The notes under the pieces: model-generated
Databases searched by the model: none
What the model saw: the letters and a program-made list of their open reading frames with translations, nothing else
Told to the model about the DNA's origin: nothing
Assembly (NCBI GenBank): GCA_963833985.1
Contig: CAWIAD010000001.1
Location: 224,001-288,000, forward strand
DNA: 64,000 nt
Direction: 5' to 3'
Origin: an uncultured Planctomycetaceae bacterium
Lineage (GTDB): Bacteria > Planctomycetota > Planctomycetia > Isosphaerales > Isosphaeraceae
In this document: in pieces, positions 38,804 to 48,845 of the stretch
Position numbering within the stretch: the stretch's first letter is position 1
Layout of the letters: every line of letters starts with the position of its first letter
Position numbers and translations under genes: made by a program

Positions 38804-39030
38804 AAGAGCTCCTAAATAGCTCCCCGTGAGAGGGAAAGTGTGGAACGGCCGCCCTCGGCCGTCCTGAGCCAGCCGAGGGGGATCTTGAGATTTCGCTCCC
38901 CGAGGCCAGGGCATCGTGCCGCCAGAGCCTACGTCCTTCGCACTGAGCTGGGGAACCGCTACTCCTGGATTCGACACGGGACTACGCCGCTGTCGCGCGG
39001 GTCTCTCGTGTAAGTGGTGAGTCCGGCTCG

Positions 39031-39483
39031 TCAGTCGGGCAGGGTCCCGGGAGGGCCGAGGATCTCGTCGCCCAGATCGGCGGCGACGCGGAGGAACCGG
39101 TCCACGTCGAAGGGTGCGACCGGTTCCCCCTCGCCTTCCTCGCCGGGCGTGCCGGCCTCGCTGACCAAACGGGCGAACCCGCTCGGCGACGCGACGACCA
39201 GCGCCCGGGACGGGTGGTCGCCGGTCGCGGCCACGGCGTGGGCCGTACCGGCGGGGATGAGGTGGTCGTCACCGGGGCGGAGCACGACCTTGTGCCCGCC
39301 GATCCAAACCGTGAATTCCCCGTCCAGCACGTAGAGTTGCTCGGAGTACTCGCGGTGGCGGTGCGGCGGGGTCTGTGCTCCGGGGGCAAACCAGCCCTCA
39401 ATAAGGTCGTAGCGGCCATCGGTGTTCGCACGGCTCGCGAGGACGCTCATGTGGGAGCCGAACAGCCAGTAGGAGGGTTTCAT
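39031..39483 (-). CDS. Cupin domain protein
   Basis: PHRH...EQLYVLDGE...PAGTAH. Confidence 0.88.
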   Translation of the reverse strand: MKPSYWLFGSHMSVLASRANTDGRYDLIEGWFAPGAQTPPHRHREYSEQLYVLDGEFTVWIGGHKVVLRPGDDHLIPAGTAHAVAATGDHPSRALVVASPSGFARLVSEAGTPGEEGEGEPVAPFDVDRFLRVAADLGDEILGPPGTLPD

Positions 39484-39657
39484 CAGACCATCCTCGTGTA
39501 GAGAAAAATGTGGATAGGCCGCCGTGGAGATCCACGCGCTTCTGGATCGCCTCAGGCACGCCCTTGGGTGTCACGTCAAAGACCCCGGAGGTCCAAAGAC
39601 CTCCGAAGCGGGTACGGCGTTTGCCGCCGTCTGGCGGTTCTATCCCCTCGGCGGCGG

Positions 39658-40695
39658 TTAGAGGTCTGCGGCGAGCTGGCGAGTGAGCTGCGCCGCCGGG
39701 ATCTCCTTGCATCCGCTGGCATTCTGGCCCGACCACAGCGGCGAGAAGTCACCGCTGCCCAAACTCTCGGCCCGGGCGCGCAACGGGGCCACGGCGGTGG
39801 CGGCCAGCGGAAAGGTCGGCGCTGTCGTGCTGATCGGCCCGACCTCTTTCACGACACGGTTCACGATCGCGCGCGCCGGCCGGCCGGTGAACACGTTTGT
39901 CAGGGCGGTGTGGCGGGCGGACTCGCTCTTCAGCGCGGCGCGGTGCACCGAGACGGTGGTAGCCTCGGGACAAAGCAGGTAGGCCGTGCCCACTTGCACG
40001 CCGGCCGCTCCAAGCGCCAGGGCTGCCGCGACGCCCTTCGCGTCCGCGATGCCCTCGGCGGCGATGACTGGCGTTCTCACGGCGTTCACAATCTGTGGCA
40101 CGAGGGCGAGCGTGCCGACCTGGGTGGTCACGTCGTCCGACAGGAACATGCCCCGATGGCCGCCCGCCTCGGACCCCTGCGCGATGATCGCATCGACCCC
40201 GCGTGCCTCGAGCCAACGCGCCTCGTCGACGGTGGTCGCCGAGGAGAGGATCTTCGACCCCCAGGTCCGCACCCGTGCCAGCAACTCGGCCGACGGCAAG
40301 CCGAAATGAAAGCTCACCACGGCGGGCCTGAACTCCTCAAGCACGTCGGCGGTCTCGGGGCCGAAGGGCGCTCGGCCACCCACCTCAAGGATGGCGCCCG
40401 CATCGAGCCCGAACTCCTCGTAATAGGGAGCGAGCGTCGCCCGCCAGGCCGTCTCCCGCTCGGCGCTGGGACTCGGCGGTGTGTGGCAGAAGAAGTTGAC
40501 GTTGAACGGCTTGACCGTCTTTGCCCGGATCGCCGCCAGTTCGGTGCGGAGGGCGTCAGGACCCAGCAGGGCGCACGGGAGCGAGCCCAGCCCCCCGGCG
40601 TTGGACACGGCAACCGCCAGCGCGCTGCCCTGGACCCCCGCCATCGGGGCCTGGATGATCGGTAGCTCGACGCCAACCAGCGATTGCAGGGTCAC
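39658..40695 (-). CDS. Nitronate monooxygenase family flavoprotein
   Basis: PIIQAPMAG; AVSNAGGLG; QGSEAGGHRG; FTGRPAR; LWSGQ. Confidence 0.9.
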   Translation of the reverse strand: MTLQSLVGVELPIIQAPMAGVQGSALAVAVSNAGGLGSLPCALLGPDALRTELAAIRAKTVKPFNVNFFCHTPPSPSAERETAWRATLAPYYEEFGLDAGAILEVGGRAPFGPETADVLEEFRPAVVSFHFGLPSAELLARVRTWGSKILSSATTVDEARWLEARGVDAIIAQGSEAGGHRGMFLSDDVTTQVGTLALVPQIVNAVRTPVIAAEGIADAKGVAAALALGAAGVQVGTAYLLCPEATTVSVHRAALKSESARHTALTNVFTGRPARAIVNRVVKEVGPISTTAPTFPLAATAVAPLRARAESLGSGDFSPLWSGQNASGCKEIPAAQLTRQLAADL

Positions 40696-40792
40696 GACTT
40701 CGTCTCCGGTTTGTGTCGATCGGGTCGCGTCTTCGGCCGGATGCCTGACCGGATCACGAGGATCTCAGGTGTGGCGTAGGCGCCGATTTGGG

Positions 40793-41515
40793 TCACCAGC
40801 GGCCGGCGTGGGCACCCCCATCGACGTGGAGTACCTCACCGGTCACGAAGGCGGCCGCCTCGAGATAGAGCACCGCATCCACGACCTCCTGAACCTCGCC
40901 CAGGCGTCCCAGGGGATGCATGCCGGCCAGGAATTCGTGGGTTTCCTCCGCATGCATCGGGGTCTTGATGACGCCCGGCGCCACCGCGTTCACCCGCACG
41001 CCCCGGTCGGCGAACTCGATCGCCAGGGAGCGGGTGATCGCGTTGAGCCCGCCCTTGGTCAACGCCGCAAGCGCGGCGGGCACGGCCTTCTGCGGGTGCT
41101 CGGCCAGCGCCGCCGTGATGTTGACGATGTGGCCACTCCCCCGCTCGAGCATCCATCTGGCGGCTCGCTGCGTGATGTGGAAGAAGCCCCCCAGGTTCAC
41201 GGACAGCACCGCCGCGTAGTCGGCCTCGGCGTAATCGACGAACGGCCTGGAGATGAAGATGCCGGCGTTGTTGACGAGGGTGTCGATGCGGCCGAAGCGG
41301 TCGATCGCGGCGCCGACGATCCGCTCGGCGGTTCGCGGGTCGCTCACGTCGCCGGCGACCGTCAGCACGTCCGAGGTCCCGGCGGCGTCCGGCCCGATCG
41401 TCCGGGAATTGGCCACGACGCGATAGCCGCGCCCGAGGAACCCGTCGACCAGCCCGGCACCGATCCCTTGCGATGCCCCGGTAATCAAGGCGACCTTCTG
41501 TTCCGTGCTCATCAT
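40793..41515 (-). CDS. SDR family oxidoreductase
   Basis: TGASQGIG; NNAG; LTKGGL; VNAVAPG; VDGG. Confidence 0.9.
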   Translation of the reverse strand: MMSTEQKVALITGASQGIGAGLVDGFLGRGYRVVANSRTIGPDAAGTSDVLTVAGDVSDPRTAERIVGAAIDRFGRIDTLVNNAGIFISRPFVDYAEADYAAVLSVNLGGFFHITQRAARWMLERGSGHIVNITAALAEHPQKAVPAALAALTKGGLNAITRSLAIEFADRGVRVNAVAPGVIKTPMHAEETHEFLAGMHPLGRLGEVQEVVDAVLYLEAAAFVTGEVLHVDGGAHAGRW

Positions 41516-41566
41516 AGAAAGCCCGTGAGGCTCCTCCCGTGGTACTCGAAATGGTCTGGCCGACGG

Positions 41567-43240
41567 CTACAGCCCGTGCTCGGCCTTGAGGATCTCTGCG
41601 GCGCGTTCGCCGATCACGACGCACGGAGCCATGGTGTTTCCGGTCGTCACGCGCGGCATGATGGAGCCATCCGCGATGCGGAGGTCTTCGACCCCGTAGA
41701 CCTTGAGATTGCCGTCGACCACCGACATCGAGTCTCGACCCATCTTGGCCGTACACGTCTGATGCCAGTAGCTCGAGGCGGCATTCCGGACGAAGTCCTC
41801 GAGCTCCGCGCCGCACAGGTTGCCCGGCATCACCTCGCGCTTCGCAAACGACCGGAGTGCGGCGGAGTTGCCGATCTCGCGGCAGAGCTCCACGCAGGCG
41901 ATCGCGGTCTGCAGGTCGTCCGGGTGGGACAAGAAGTTCACCTCGATCTGAACGGGATCGCCCGGATCGGGCCCCGTCAGCCGTAAGCGGCCTCGGCTTT
42001 TCGGGCGGGCGACGCCGCCGAACAACGTCCAGCCGGAGGCCGGCAACGGAAATCTGGCCGCATTCTCCACGCTCGACTTCGGAACCTCCGCCTGGCAAGC
42101 GAACACGTCGGGGCTGTCCGGCTCGGATTTGCTCCTCCAGAAGAAGATCGACTCGGACATGGTGTTGCGTGGCGGCAGTGCGTCCCGATATTCCCAGACA
42201 CAGTCCAGGCCGACATGGTCTTGAAGGTTCTGACCGACGCCCGGAAGGTGCCGCAAGACGGGGATTCCGTGGCGCTGCAACTCGGAATGGTCGCCGATCC
42301 CGGATTGCATCAGCACCTTCGGCGTGTGGATGGCACCGAGCGACAGCACCACCTCCAGGCCGGCACGAATGCGATGGGTCTTGCCGTCGTAAGTAAACTC
42401 CACGCCGGTGGCCCGACGGCCCTCGAAGGTTAACCGGGTCACCAGCGCGTGAGAGAGGACAGTCAGGTTCGGCCGGTCCATGTAGGGGAAGGTGTACGCA
42501 CGGAAGACCGCCTGGCGCTTCCCGGCCCGGGCCAGGACGTCGCTGATCGAATCGCCGCCCGCGCCCTCCATCATCCGACCGTTCGGGTTCTCGAACGTCG
42601 GAATTCCGACCGATCGTGCCCCTTCAACCATGGCGGGAGCGACCGGGTTGGGGTCGGGCGCGGGCTCGACGAAGACCGGCCCTCCCGTCCCGCGATATGC
42701 CGGGTCGGGGGCGCCGTGCCAATCTTCGATGCGACGGTAAATGTTCAAGACCGACTCGTAGCCCCAGGCGGGGTCCCCCGCCTCGGACGCGAAGAAATCC
42801 CAGTCGCTCCTGTGGCCGCGCGCCCAGACCATCACGTTTATGCTCGATCCGCCGCCGAGCACCTTGCCCATGGACAAGGGAATGGAGCGGCCGTTGAGAC
42901 GATGATTCGGTTGCCCCCGAAATCTCCAGTCCCGTTCGCTCCCGAGGTTCATGGGCCATCGGCCGGCTTCCGAGACGCTCGGTACGCCGTCGTCGCCGCC
43001 CGCCTCCAGCAGGAGCACGCTGACGTTCGCGTTCTCGGCCAGGCGACGCGCCACGACGGACCCGGAGGAACCCGAGCCGCAGACGATGAAGTCGTAATGT
43101 GGCTTCAGGCCGGCACGGAGGTCGCGCTGGTTGAGGCGGACGACTTCGGCGAAATCGGCCGCACGGGATCCTGACTCGAAAGGAGGGCCATCGTTCGCCT
43201 CGTTCTCAATCGTTGCTTCAGCCATGAGACCTGCCTTCAT
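41567..43240 (-). CDS. GMC oxidoreductase (choline dehydrogenase-like)
   Basis: GSGSSG; LLEAG; GKVLGGGSSIN; VGQNLQDH; WHQTCTAKMG; DGSIMP...GNT. Confidence 0.92.
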   Translation of the reverse strand: MKAGLMAEATIENEANDGPPFESGSRAADFAEVVRLNQRDLRAGLKPHYDFIVCGSGSSGSVVARRLAENANVSVLLLEAGGDDGVPSVSEAGRWPMNLGSERDWRFRGQPNHRLNGRSIPLSMGKVLGGGSSINVMVWARGHRSDWDFFASEAGDPAWGYESVLNIYRRIEDWHGAPDPAYRGTGGPVFVEPAPDPNPVAPAMVEGARSVGIPTFENPNGRMMEGAGGDSISDVLARAGKRQAVFRAYTFPYMDRPNLTVLSHALVTRLTFEGRRATGVEFTYDGKTHRIRAGLEVVLSLGAIHTPKVLMQSGIGDHSELQRHGIPVLRHLPGVGQNLQDHVGLDCVWEYRDALPPRNTMSESIFFWRSKSEPDSPDVFACQAEVPKSSVENAARFPLPASGWTLFGGVARPKSRGRLRLTGPDPGDPVQIEVNFLSHPDDLQTAIACVELCREIGNSAALRSFAKREVMPGNLCGAELEDFVRNAASSYWHQTCTAKMGRDSMSVVDGNLKVYGVEDLRIADGSIMPRVTTGNTMAPCVVIGERAAEILKAEHGL

Positions 43241-43866
43241 TTCTTCCTCTTGCTTTTATCTCGAACGGTAAAATGGGGAGTTCGTGAGCCCTCCCCGGCC
43301 TGCGACAGGAGGGTGAATGCCGCATCGCGGGCCACGTCGGCTGGCCCGGGCGTGCCCTCGATCACGGCGGTGACGATCGCCCCCTCAATCAGCATGGCGA
43401 CACAGGGTGCCAGCCTCGCCGCCTCCGTGCCGAGCGCCTCCCCGATGAGCCCCTCCAGGAGGGCGTGGAAGCGCTCCTTGTGCCGGCGGGCGAACAGGAA
43501 ACCGGGATGCTTTTCGTCCGCCAGTTCGACCGAGGCGTTGATGAAGGCGCAGCCCCGGAACGTCGGCGTCTCGAACCATTCCTTGAGGGCGGCGAAGAGG
43601 GCGGCGAGGCGGGTCGCCCCGGCCTCGGTGTGTCGCCCGATGGCCTGCCCGAACCATTCCATGAACTGCTGCTCCCGGTATTGGAGGACGGCCAGGATGA
43701 GGTCGTCCTTGGACCGGAAGTGGGAGTACAAAGTCATCTTGGCCGCCCCGGACTCGGCGATGATGCGGTCGATCCCGACGGCCCTCACCCCCTCGGCGTA
43801 GAAGAGCCGGTCGGCGGTGTCGAGGATGCGTTGCCGAGCGTTGGGGTTGGCCTTGGAGTGTCTCAT
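43237..43866 (-). CDS. TetR/AcrR family regulator
   Basis: ILDTADRLFY..G...GID.I....G..KMTLYSHFRSKDDL; RGCAFIN. Confidence 0.93.
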   Translation of the reverse strand: MRHSKANPNARQRILDTADRLFYAEGVRAVGIDRIIAESGAAKMTLYSHFRSKDDLILAVLQYREQQFMEWFGQAIGRHTEAGATRLAALFAALKEWFETPTFRGCAFINASVELADEKHPGFLFARRHKERFHALLEGLIGEALGTEAARLAPCVAMLIEGAIVTAVIEGTPGPADVARDAAFTLLSQAGEGSRTPHFTVRDKSKRKK

Positions 43867-43872
43867 GGCAGA

Positions 43873-43901
43873 TTTATACAGACAGGTCTGTCTAGAGTCA
43901 A
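43873..43901 (-). promoter_or_regulatory. Leaderless sigma70 promoter with operator in the spacer
   Basis: TTGACT-N17-TATAAA-N6-ATG; palindrome AGACAG-N2-CTGTCT at 43880-43893. Confidence 0.75.
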
Positions 43902-44350
43902 GAGTCGGGCCGCCGCTGGAATCTCGGACGAGCTGATCGCGAATCGCCCACCGAGAGTCTTGGCCTGTCGCGCCATCCAGGTATCGGAATCAACGGCTTT
44001 GAGTCGTACGGTCGATACGGCCGTGACCCAGTGTCCCCGTGAGGTGTCGCAGTTTTCTATCGTAGACTTAAGACGCTGTCAGACACGAAATCGGAGTTGC
44101 CGGCCCGGCATCGGCAGGCGACGGCCATGTTCATGCCCGGGCTCAAGGAAATGATCGATCTCAAACCGACTCATCATCGGTCGGACGCCCGGGCGATCGG
44201 GTTTTTTCAAGTTGTCTGGTCCGGTGTTTCCCTCTGAATCGAGTGGACATCCGGTACGGGATCGCGTTACAACAAAGCGAGCAGCTCTGCCGGTGTACGC
44301 CCTGGCAACGCACGCCGGGCGGCCGAGATGCCGGGCGCGGAGGCCGCAAG

Positions 44351-45337
44351 ATGACGCTGGCGGTTGGTTCTCCCCTGCGGTTCGACCCCATTCTCCGGAG
44401 GCTCATCTGGGGCGGCCGGCGGCTCGGCACGGTGCTCGGCAAGCCGATCGGTGAGTTCCGCGACTATGCCGAGAGCTGGGAGCTGGCTGACTATCGCGAC
44501 GCCGTGAGCAAGGTCGGCGAGGGGCCGCTCAAGGGGTGCAGCCTGCGCAGTCTGGTGCACGACCACGCCCGCGACCTGCTGGGGCCCGGACTCGCCGGAT
44601 GCGAACAGTTTCCGCTCCTGGTCAAGTTCATCGACGCCTGCGACGTGCTCTCGGTGCAGGTTCATCCCGACGACGAGAAAGGGAAGCGGCTGGCCGGCGA
44701 CAACGGCAAGACGGAGACATGGGTGGTGGTGGACGCGGAGCCGGGCAGCCGGATCTACGCCGGGCTGAAACCCGGAGTAACCCGGGCGCAGTTCGGGGCG
44801 GCGATCGCCGGCGGGGACGTCGAGCCCCTGCTCCACCACTTTCCCGCCAGGCCCGGCGACTGCATCATGATCGAGGCGGGGACGGTTCATGCCATCGGTG
44901 CGGGAGTGTTGCTGGCGGAGATCCAGCAGATGTCCGACGCCACGTTCCGGGTCTTCGACTGGGGCCGGGTTGGAGCGGACGGCCGCCCGCGCGAGCTGCA
45001 CGTCGAACAAGCCCTCGAATCGACCGATTTCCAGCGCGGGCCGGTCAATCCCCTGGCTCCCGAGCCCACGAGTGCCGGCGAGGGGCAGGTGCGCGAGCGG
45101 CTCTCGCACTGCCCGTACTTCGCTCTGGAGCGGTGGACGCTGACGCGGCCCGCCCGGCTCGGCCATCCGGACCGGTTCACCATCCTGCTCGGGCTGGGCG
45201 GGGCGGCCGAGGTCCGGCACCAGAATGACACCCTGAACCTGGAATTCGGCCAGACCCTGCTCCTGCCGGCCGCCTGTGGGCCTTGTGAGATCCATCCCCG
45301 AGGCCGGGCCGTGGTGCTCACCTGCGTGGTGCCATGA
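44351..45337 (+). CDS. manA: Type I mannose-6-phosphate isomerase
   Basis: IWGG; ESWE; FPLLVKFIDA..LSVQVHP; GKTETW; GTVHAIG; EIQQMSD. Confidence 0.9.
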   Translation: MTLAVGSPLRFDPILRRLIWGGRRLGTVLGKPIGEFRDYAESWELADYRDAVSKVGEGPLKGCSLRSLVHDHARDLLGPGLAGCEQFPLLVKFIDACDVLSVQVHPDDEKGKRLAGDNGKTETWVVVDAEPGSRIYAGLKPGVTRAQFGAAIAGGDVEPLLHHFPARPGDCIMIEAGTVHAIGAGVLLAEIQQMSDATFRVFDWGRVGADGRPRELHVEQALESTDFQRGPVNPLAPEPTSAGEGQVRERLSHCPYFALERWTLTRPARLGHPDRFTILLGLGGAAEVRHQNDTLNLEFGQTLLLPAACGPCEIHPRGRAVVLTCVVP

Positions 45338-45456
45338 CGGATGACCGGCGAAGCTCGGCCGGCCCTTCCCGCGGTAGATGAATTGCGGTCTTGCGCGGCG
45401 GACGCGACCGCGGATCGAAACTTCTGACCCAAGCAGAGAGGGAGCGACACGTGCAC

Positions 45457-46551
45457 ATGGAGGATGCCCCCGCGCAGTCCACGCAAGTCTTGCGGGCGCC
45501 ATCGCCCTGGCTGCGATTGAGCCGGGCGGGGCGAGCCGCGTTCGACCCCGGCAAGATCGTGCTGGGGGCGATCGTCGTGTTGCTGATTCAGGCCGGATGG
45601 AGCTTGCTGGGCCGCGTTCTTCCGGCTTTGCCGCCCGCAACCTCGTGGGCGCAGCCCTGGGATATGAACCTGGCGACGGCCACGCCGGCGCCCGCGGCTT
45701 CATTCTTCACGGAGTCTGCGCTGCGGGCGCCCTGGCGGCTTACCGAGCCGGCCCTGATGCTATTGAGGCCGCTGGCGGAGCTGTTCTCTCCCGGACAGGG
45801 TCTGGGCGTCTCGCTGCACGCGCTGGGGAGGCTTCTCTGGGTGCTGGCGGTGGGCGGCATCGGCGGCGGCGCCATTGCGCGGATGGCGCTCATGCAGACG
45901 GGCCGGCAGGAATCGCCCGGCATGGCCGGAGCCTTGCGCTTTGCGGGGCGCTTTGCGCTGCCGCTCATCGCAACGCCGTTTTTTCCGCTGCTGGGCTTGT
46001 TTTTGTGCGGGCTGGTGTGCGCCGGGTTCGGCCTGCTTTTTCGGCTGCCTGCGCGCATTGGCACGGCGCTCGGCGGCGCGTTGTTCGTCGTCCCGCTCGG
46101 CCTGGGGCTGGTGATGGCCGTCCTGCTGCTGGGCCTGGCCGCGGGGTGGCCGCTCTTTTGCGTGGCCGTGGCCGCGGAGGCCGAGGACGTCCTCGACGCC
46201 TTCAGCCGAACGTTCAGCTATCTCAACCAGCGCCTGGGCAAGTTCCTCCTCTGCGTGCTGCTGGCATGGCTGGCGGGGATACCCGCGCTCTGGGTGGTGG
46301 ACCTGCTGGCCGCCGGCGCCACTCACATGGCCGCGTGGGGCGTGGGTTTGTCGGCACCGGCTTCGAGCCTGGCGGGCCTGGCCGGTGATCCCGCGGACGC
46401 AGGGGCCTTCGCGCGGTTCTGGCTGGGGGTCGTCGGCTTCTTCGTGCGGGGATGGATCCAGGCTTATTTCTGGACCGCGGCGTCTTTTATCTACCTGCTT
46501 TTGCGCAATGATGTCGACGGCACGCCCTGGGGAGAAGTGAAGGCCGGATGA
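45457..46551 (+). CDS. Multi-pass membrane protein, hypothetical
   Basis: Several hydrophobic helices; ends IYLLLRNDVDG. Confidence 0.75.
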   Translation: MEDAPAQSTQVLRAPSPWLRLSRAGRAAFDPGKIVLGAIVVLLIQAGWSLLGRVLPALPPATSWAQPWDMNLATATPAPAASFFTESALRAPWRLTEPALMLLRPLAELFSPGQGLGVSLHALGRLLWVLAVGGIGGGAIARMALMQTGRQESPGMAGALRFAGRFALPLIATPFFPLLGLFLCGLVCAGFGLLFRLPARIGTALGGALFVVPLGLGLVMAVLLLGLAAGWPLFCVAVAAEAEDVLDAFSRTFSYLNQRLGKFLLCVLLAWLAGIPALWVVDLLAAGATHMAAWGVGLSAPASSLAGLAGDPADAGAFARFWLGVVGFFVRGWIQAYFWTAASFIYLLLRNDVDGTPWGEVKAG

Positions 46552-46562
46552 AGACCGGTCGC

Positions 46563-47648
46563 TCAGACAGGCGGATCAGCCTGCGGCCAGGTGGCATGGC
46601 GGCGGTAGAGTGCGGCCAGCAGATCGGCTTCAATCTCCAGGTCGAATCGTGCGCGGATGGACGCCTGCCCGCGGCGGGCGAGCAGCGCGGCCTGGTCCGG
46701 ATGGTCGAGGAGGGTGCTGATGGCTCGGGCCAGTGGCTCGGGCTGGCCGGCGGGAACCAGCAGTCCGGAGGCGCCGTGATCAGTCAGGGCGCGCAGGCCC
46801 ATGACTTCGGTGGCGACGGCGGGAACGCACTGGCTCATGGCCAGGATCAACGTGCGGCCGGTGCTGGGCACGAGCGAGGGCTGGCAGAAAAGGTCCAGCA
46901 CGGTCCAGAAGCGGGGCCCGATCGCCTCCAGGTCCGACACGCTCACGCGCTCGGCGATGTGCAGCCACTGGGCACGGCGCCGCAGGTTCAGGGTGTCCGG
47001 GCCCTGGGTGGCGATCAGGAACTCGGCGTCCCTGCCGGTGGCCAGCACCTGCCGCGCGGCCTCGAGAAAGACCGCAAAGCCCGAGCTTTCCCGCACGGGC
47101 CCTGCCGTGCCGATGACCGGGATGCGCTGCTCCGCGGCGCGCGGAGAGGGCAGGACCGGCGGCACTCCCGGCGCGATGAGCTCGACCCGTTCCGCCGGAA
47201 AACCAAGCACGCGAACCAGCTCGTCGGCCAGTTCCGGGCTGGTGGCCACAATGCCTCGGAACCAGCGTCGGCTCACCTTCATTCCCTGCTCCAGGGTCTC
47301 GAACTCGCGGACGGTCTGGAGGTACGGCAAGCTCCATGCCTCCGCCGTCGCGATGCCGGTGGCGGCCATCGCTTCGCCGAGCACGTGCAGCACGCGGCGC
47401 TGGGCGGGCGAGGAATCGAGGTGAAGCTGGCGCAGGGTGAGCGGTTGGAGCCAGCGATTTCCCAGGTTGGGAACCTCGAGCACCCGCGCGTCGTCCGGCG
47501 GAGCCTCGCCGCGGGAAAGACAGATGACGCGCCCCGTGACGCCTCGTTGCTGGAGCCGGTCCAGGAACGGGGTCATGGGTCCCGGGTCATCCGTACGGCC
47601 CAGCCTCCCTGCCAGGAAGATGACTTCGATCAAATCATTCACACTCAA
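46563..47648 (-). CDS. GT4 family glycosyltransferase
   Basis: LDLFCQPS...LAMSQCVPAVAT...SGLLVP. Confidence 0.8.
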   Translation of the reverse strand: MSVNDLIEVIFLAGRLGRTDDPGPMTPFLDRLQQRGVTGRVICLSRGEAPPDDARVLEVPNLGNRWLQPLTLRQLHLDSSPAQRRVLHVLGEAMAATGIATAEAWSLPYLQTVREFETLEQGMKVSRRWFRGIVATSPELADELVRVLGFPAERVELIAPGVPPVLPSPRAAEQRIPVIGTAGPVRESSGFAVFLEAARQVLATGRDAEFLIATQGPDTLNLRRRAQWLHIAERVSVSDLEAIGPRFWTVLDLFCQPSLVPSTGRTLILAMSQCVPAVATEVMGLRALTDHGASGLLVPAGQPEPLARAISTLLDHPDQAALLARRGQASIRARFDLEIEADLLAALYRRHATWPQADPPV

Positions 47649-47808
47649 TCGCGGCCGCGGAACTGGTTCGCGGCGTCGCCTCCAAAGTGGAGTGGGCGAA
47701 GACCTTGCCGCTCGGGACGCAACGTTTGATTCGTTGCCCTGATTGTCTATACTGTTAACTCCCGGACCTTCAAGGCAGGCAAGACGCTAACCGTCTCGAG
47801 CATCACGC

Positions 47809-48786
47809 ATGAATTCGACCCAGATCGTAGAACCGTCGCTGCCCGCACAGGAAGTACTTTATCAATTATCAAACCGGCTGCTCGAGAACGTGGCCCTGGT
47901 TGTGCTCGGCAAGACTGAGGTGATCAAGCTGGCGGTCGTGGCGCTCCTGGCTGAGGGCCACGTGCTCATCGAGGATGTTCCGGGTGTCGGCAAGACGCTG
48001 CTGGCCCGGGCGCTGGCGGCCAGTATCGATTGCTCGTTCCGGCGAATCCAGTTCACACCCGACCTGCTTCCCTCGGACGTTCTGGGGTCGAACATCTTCC
48101 ATGCGCCCAGCGGGGAATTCGTTTTCAAGCCTGGCCCCCTGTTCTCCAACGTGATTCTTGCCGACGAGATCAACCGGACGACCCCGCGTACACAGAGCGC
48201 CCTGCTGGAGGCCATGAGCGACCGCCAGGTATCGGTGGAGGGTAAGACTTACCCGCTCGATCCGCCGTTCATCGTACTGGCCACTCAGAACCCGTACGAG
48301 TTCGAGGGAACGTACGTGCTGCCGGAAAGCCAGCTCGACCGGTTCATGATCCGGCTGCGCATGGGATACCCGATCCGGTCCGAGGAGCGCAGGGTTCTGG
48401 CCAACCACCGCGACGGAGAGCCGGTGGAATCGCTGGGCTCGGTGCTCTCCGCCGACGAAATCTTGCAGTTGCAGCAGGGGGTGCGCCAGGTCCGCGTCGA
48501 CGACGCCATTGCCGAATACCTTCTGGATATCGTGCACATGTCACGCCGCAGTGAGGATCTGCATGTCGGCGTGAGCACGCGCAGGGCGCTGACCCTGTAC
48601 CGGGCGGCCCAGAGCCTGGCCCTGGTTTCAGGTCGAGATTTCGTGATTCCCGACGACATCAAGACGCTGGCCGTGCCGATCCTGGCCCACCGCGTACTTG
48701 GCAAGTCGTTCCTTCAGGCTGGCGAGTTCGGAGCGGCCGAGGCGATCATTCGCGACCTGGTCGACCGGATCCGGGTACCCGTCTGA
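47809..48786 (+). CDS. MoxR family AAA+ ATPase
   Basis: EDVPGVGKT; RIQFTPDLLPSD; ADEINR; ATQNPYEFEGTY..ESQLDRF. Confidence 0.95.
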   Translation: MNSTQIVEPSLPAQEVLYQLSNRLLENVALVVLGKTEVIKLAVVALLAEGHVLIEDVPGVGKTLLARALAASIDCSFRRIQFTPDLLPSDVLGSNIFHAPSGEFVFKPGPLFSNVILADEINRTTPRTQSALLEAMSDRQVSVEGKTYPLDPPFIVLATQNPYEFEGTYVLPESQLDRFMIRLRMGYPIRSEERRVLANHRDGEPVESLGSVLSADEILQLQQGVRQVRVDDAIAEYLLDIVHMSRRSEDLHVGVSTRRALTLYRAAQSLALVSGRDFVIPDDIKTLAVPILAHRVLGKSFLQAGEFGAAEAIIRDLVDRIRVPV

Positions 48787-48845
48787 ACGGGCGCTCGACC
48801 TGGAAGGTGAACCGTTGTCGGACAACGGGTCGGAAAGGGGAAGGG

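Noticed and set aside
38950..38982. tmRNA 5' end or tRNA fragment (GGATTCGAC)
   Set aside because: Only a short match, with no acceptor stem or rest of the structure
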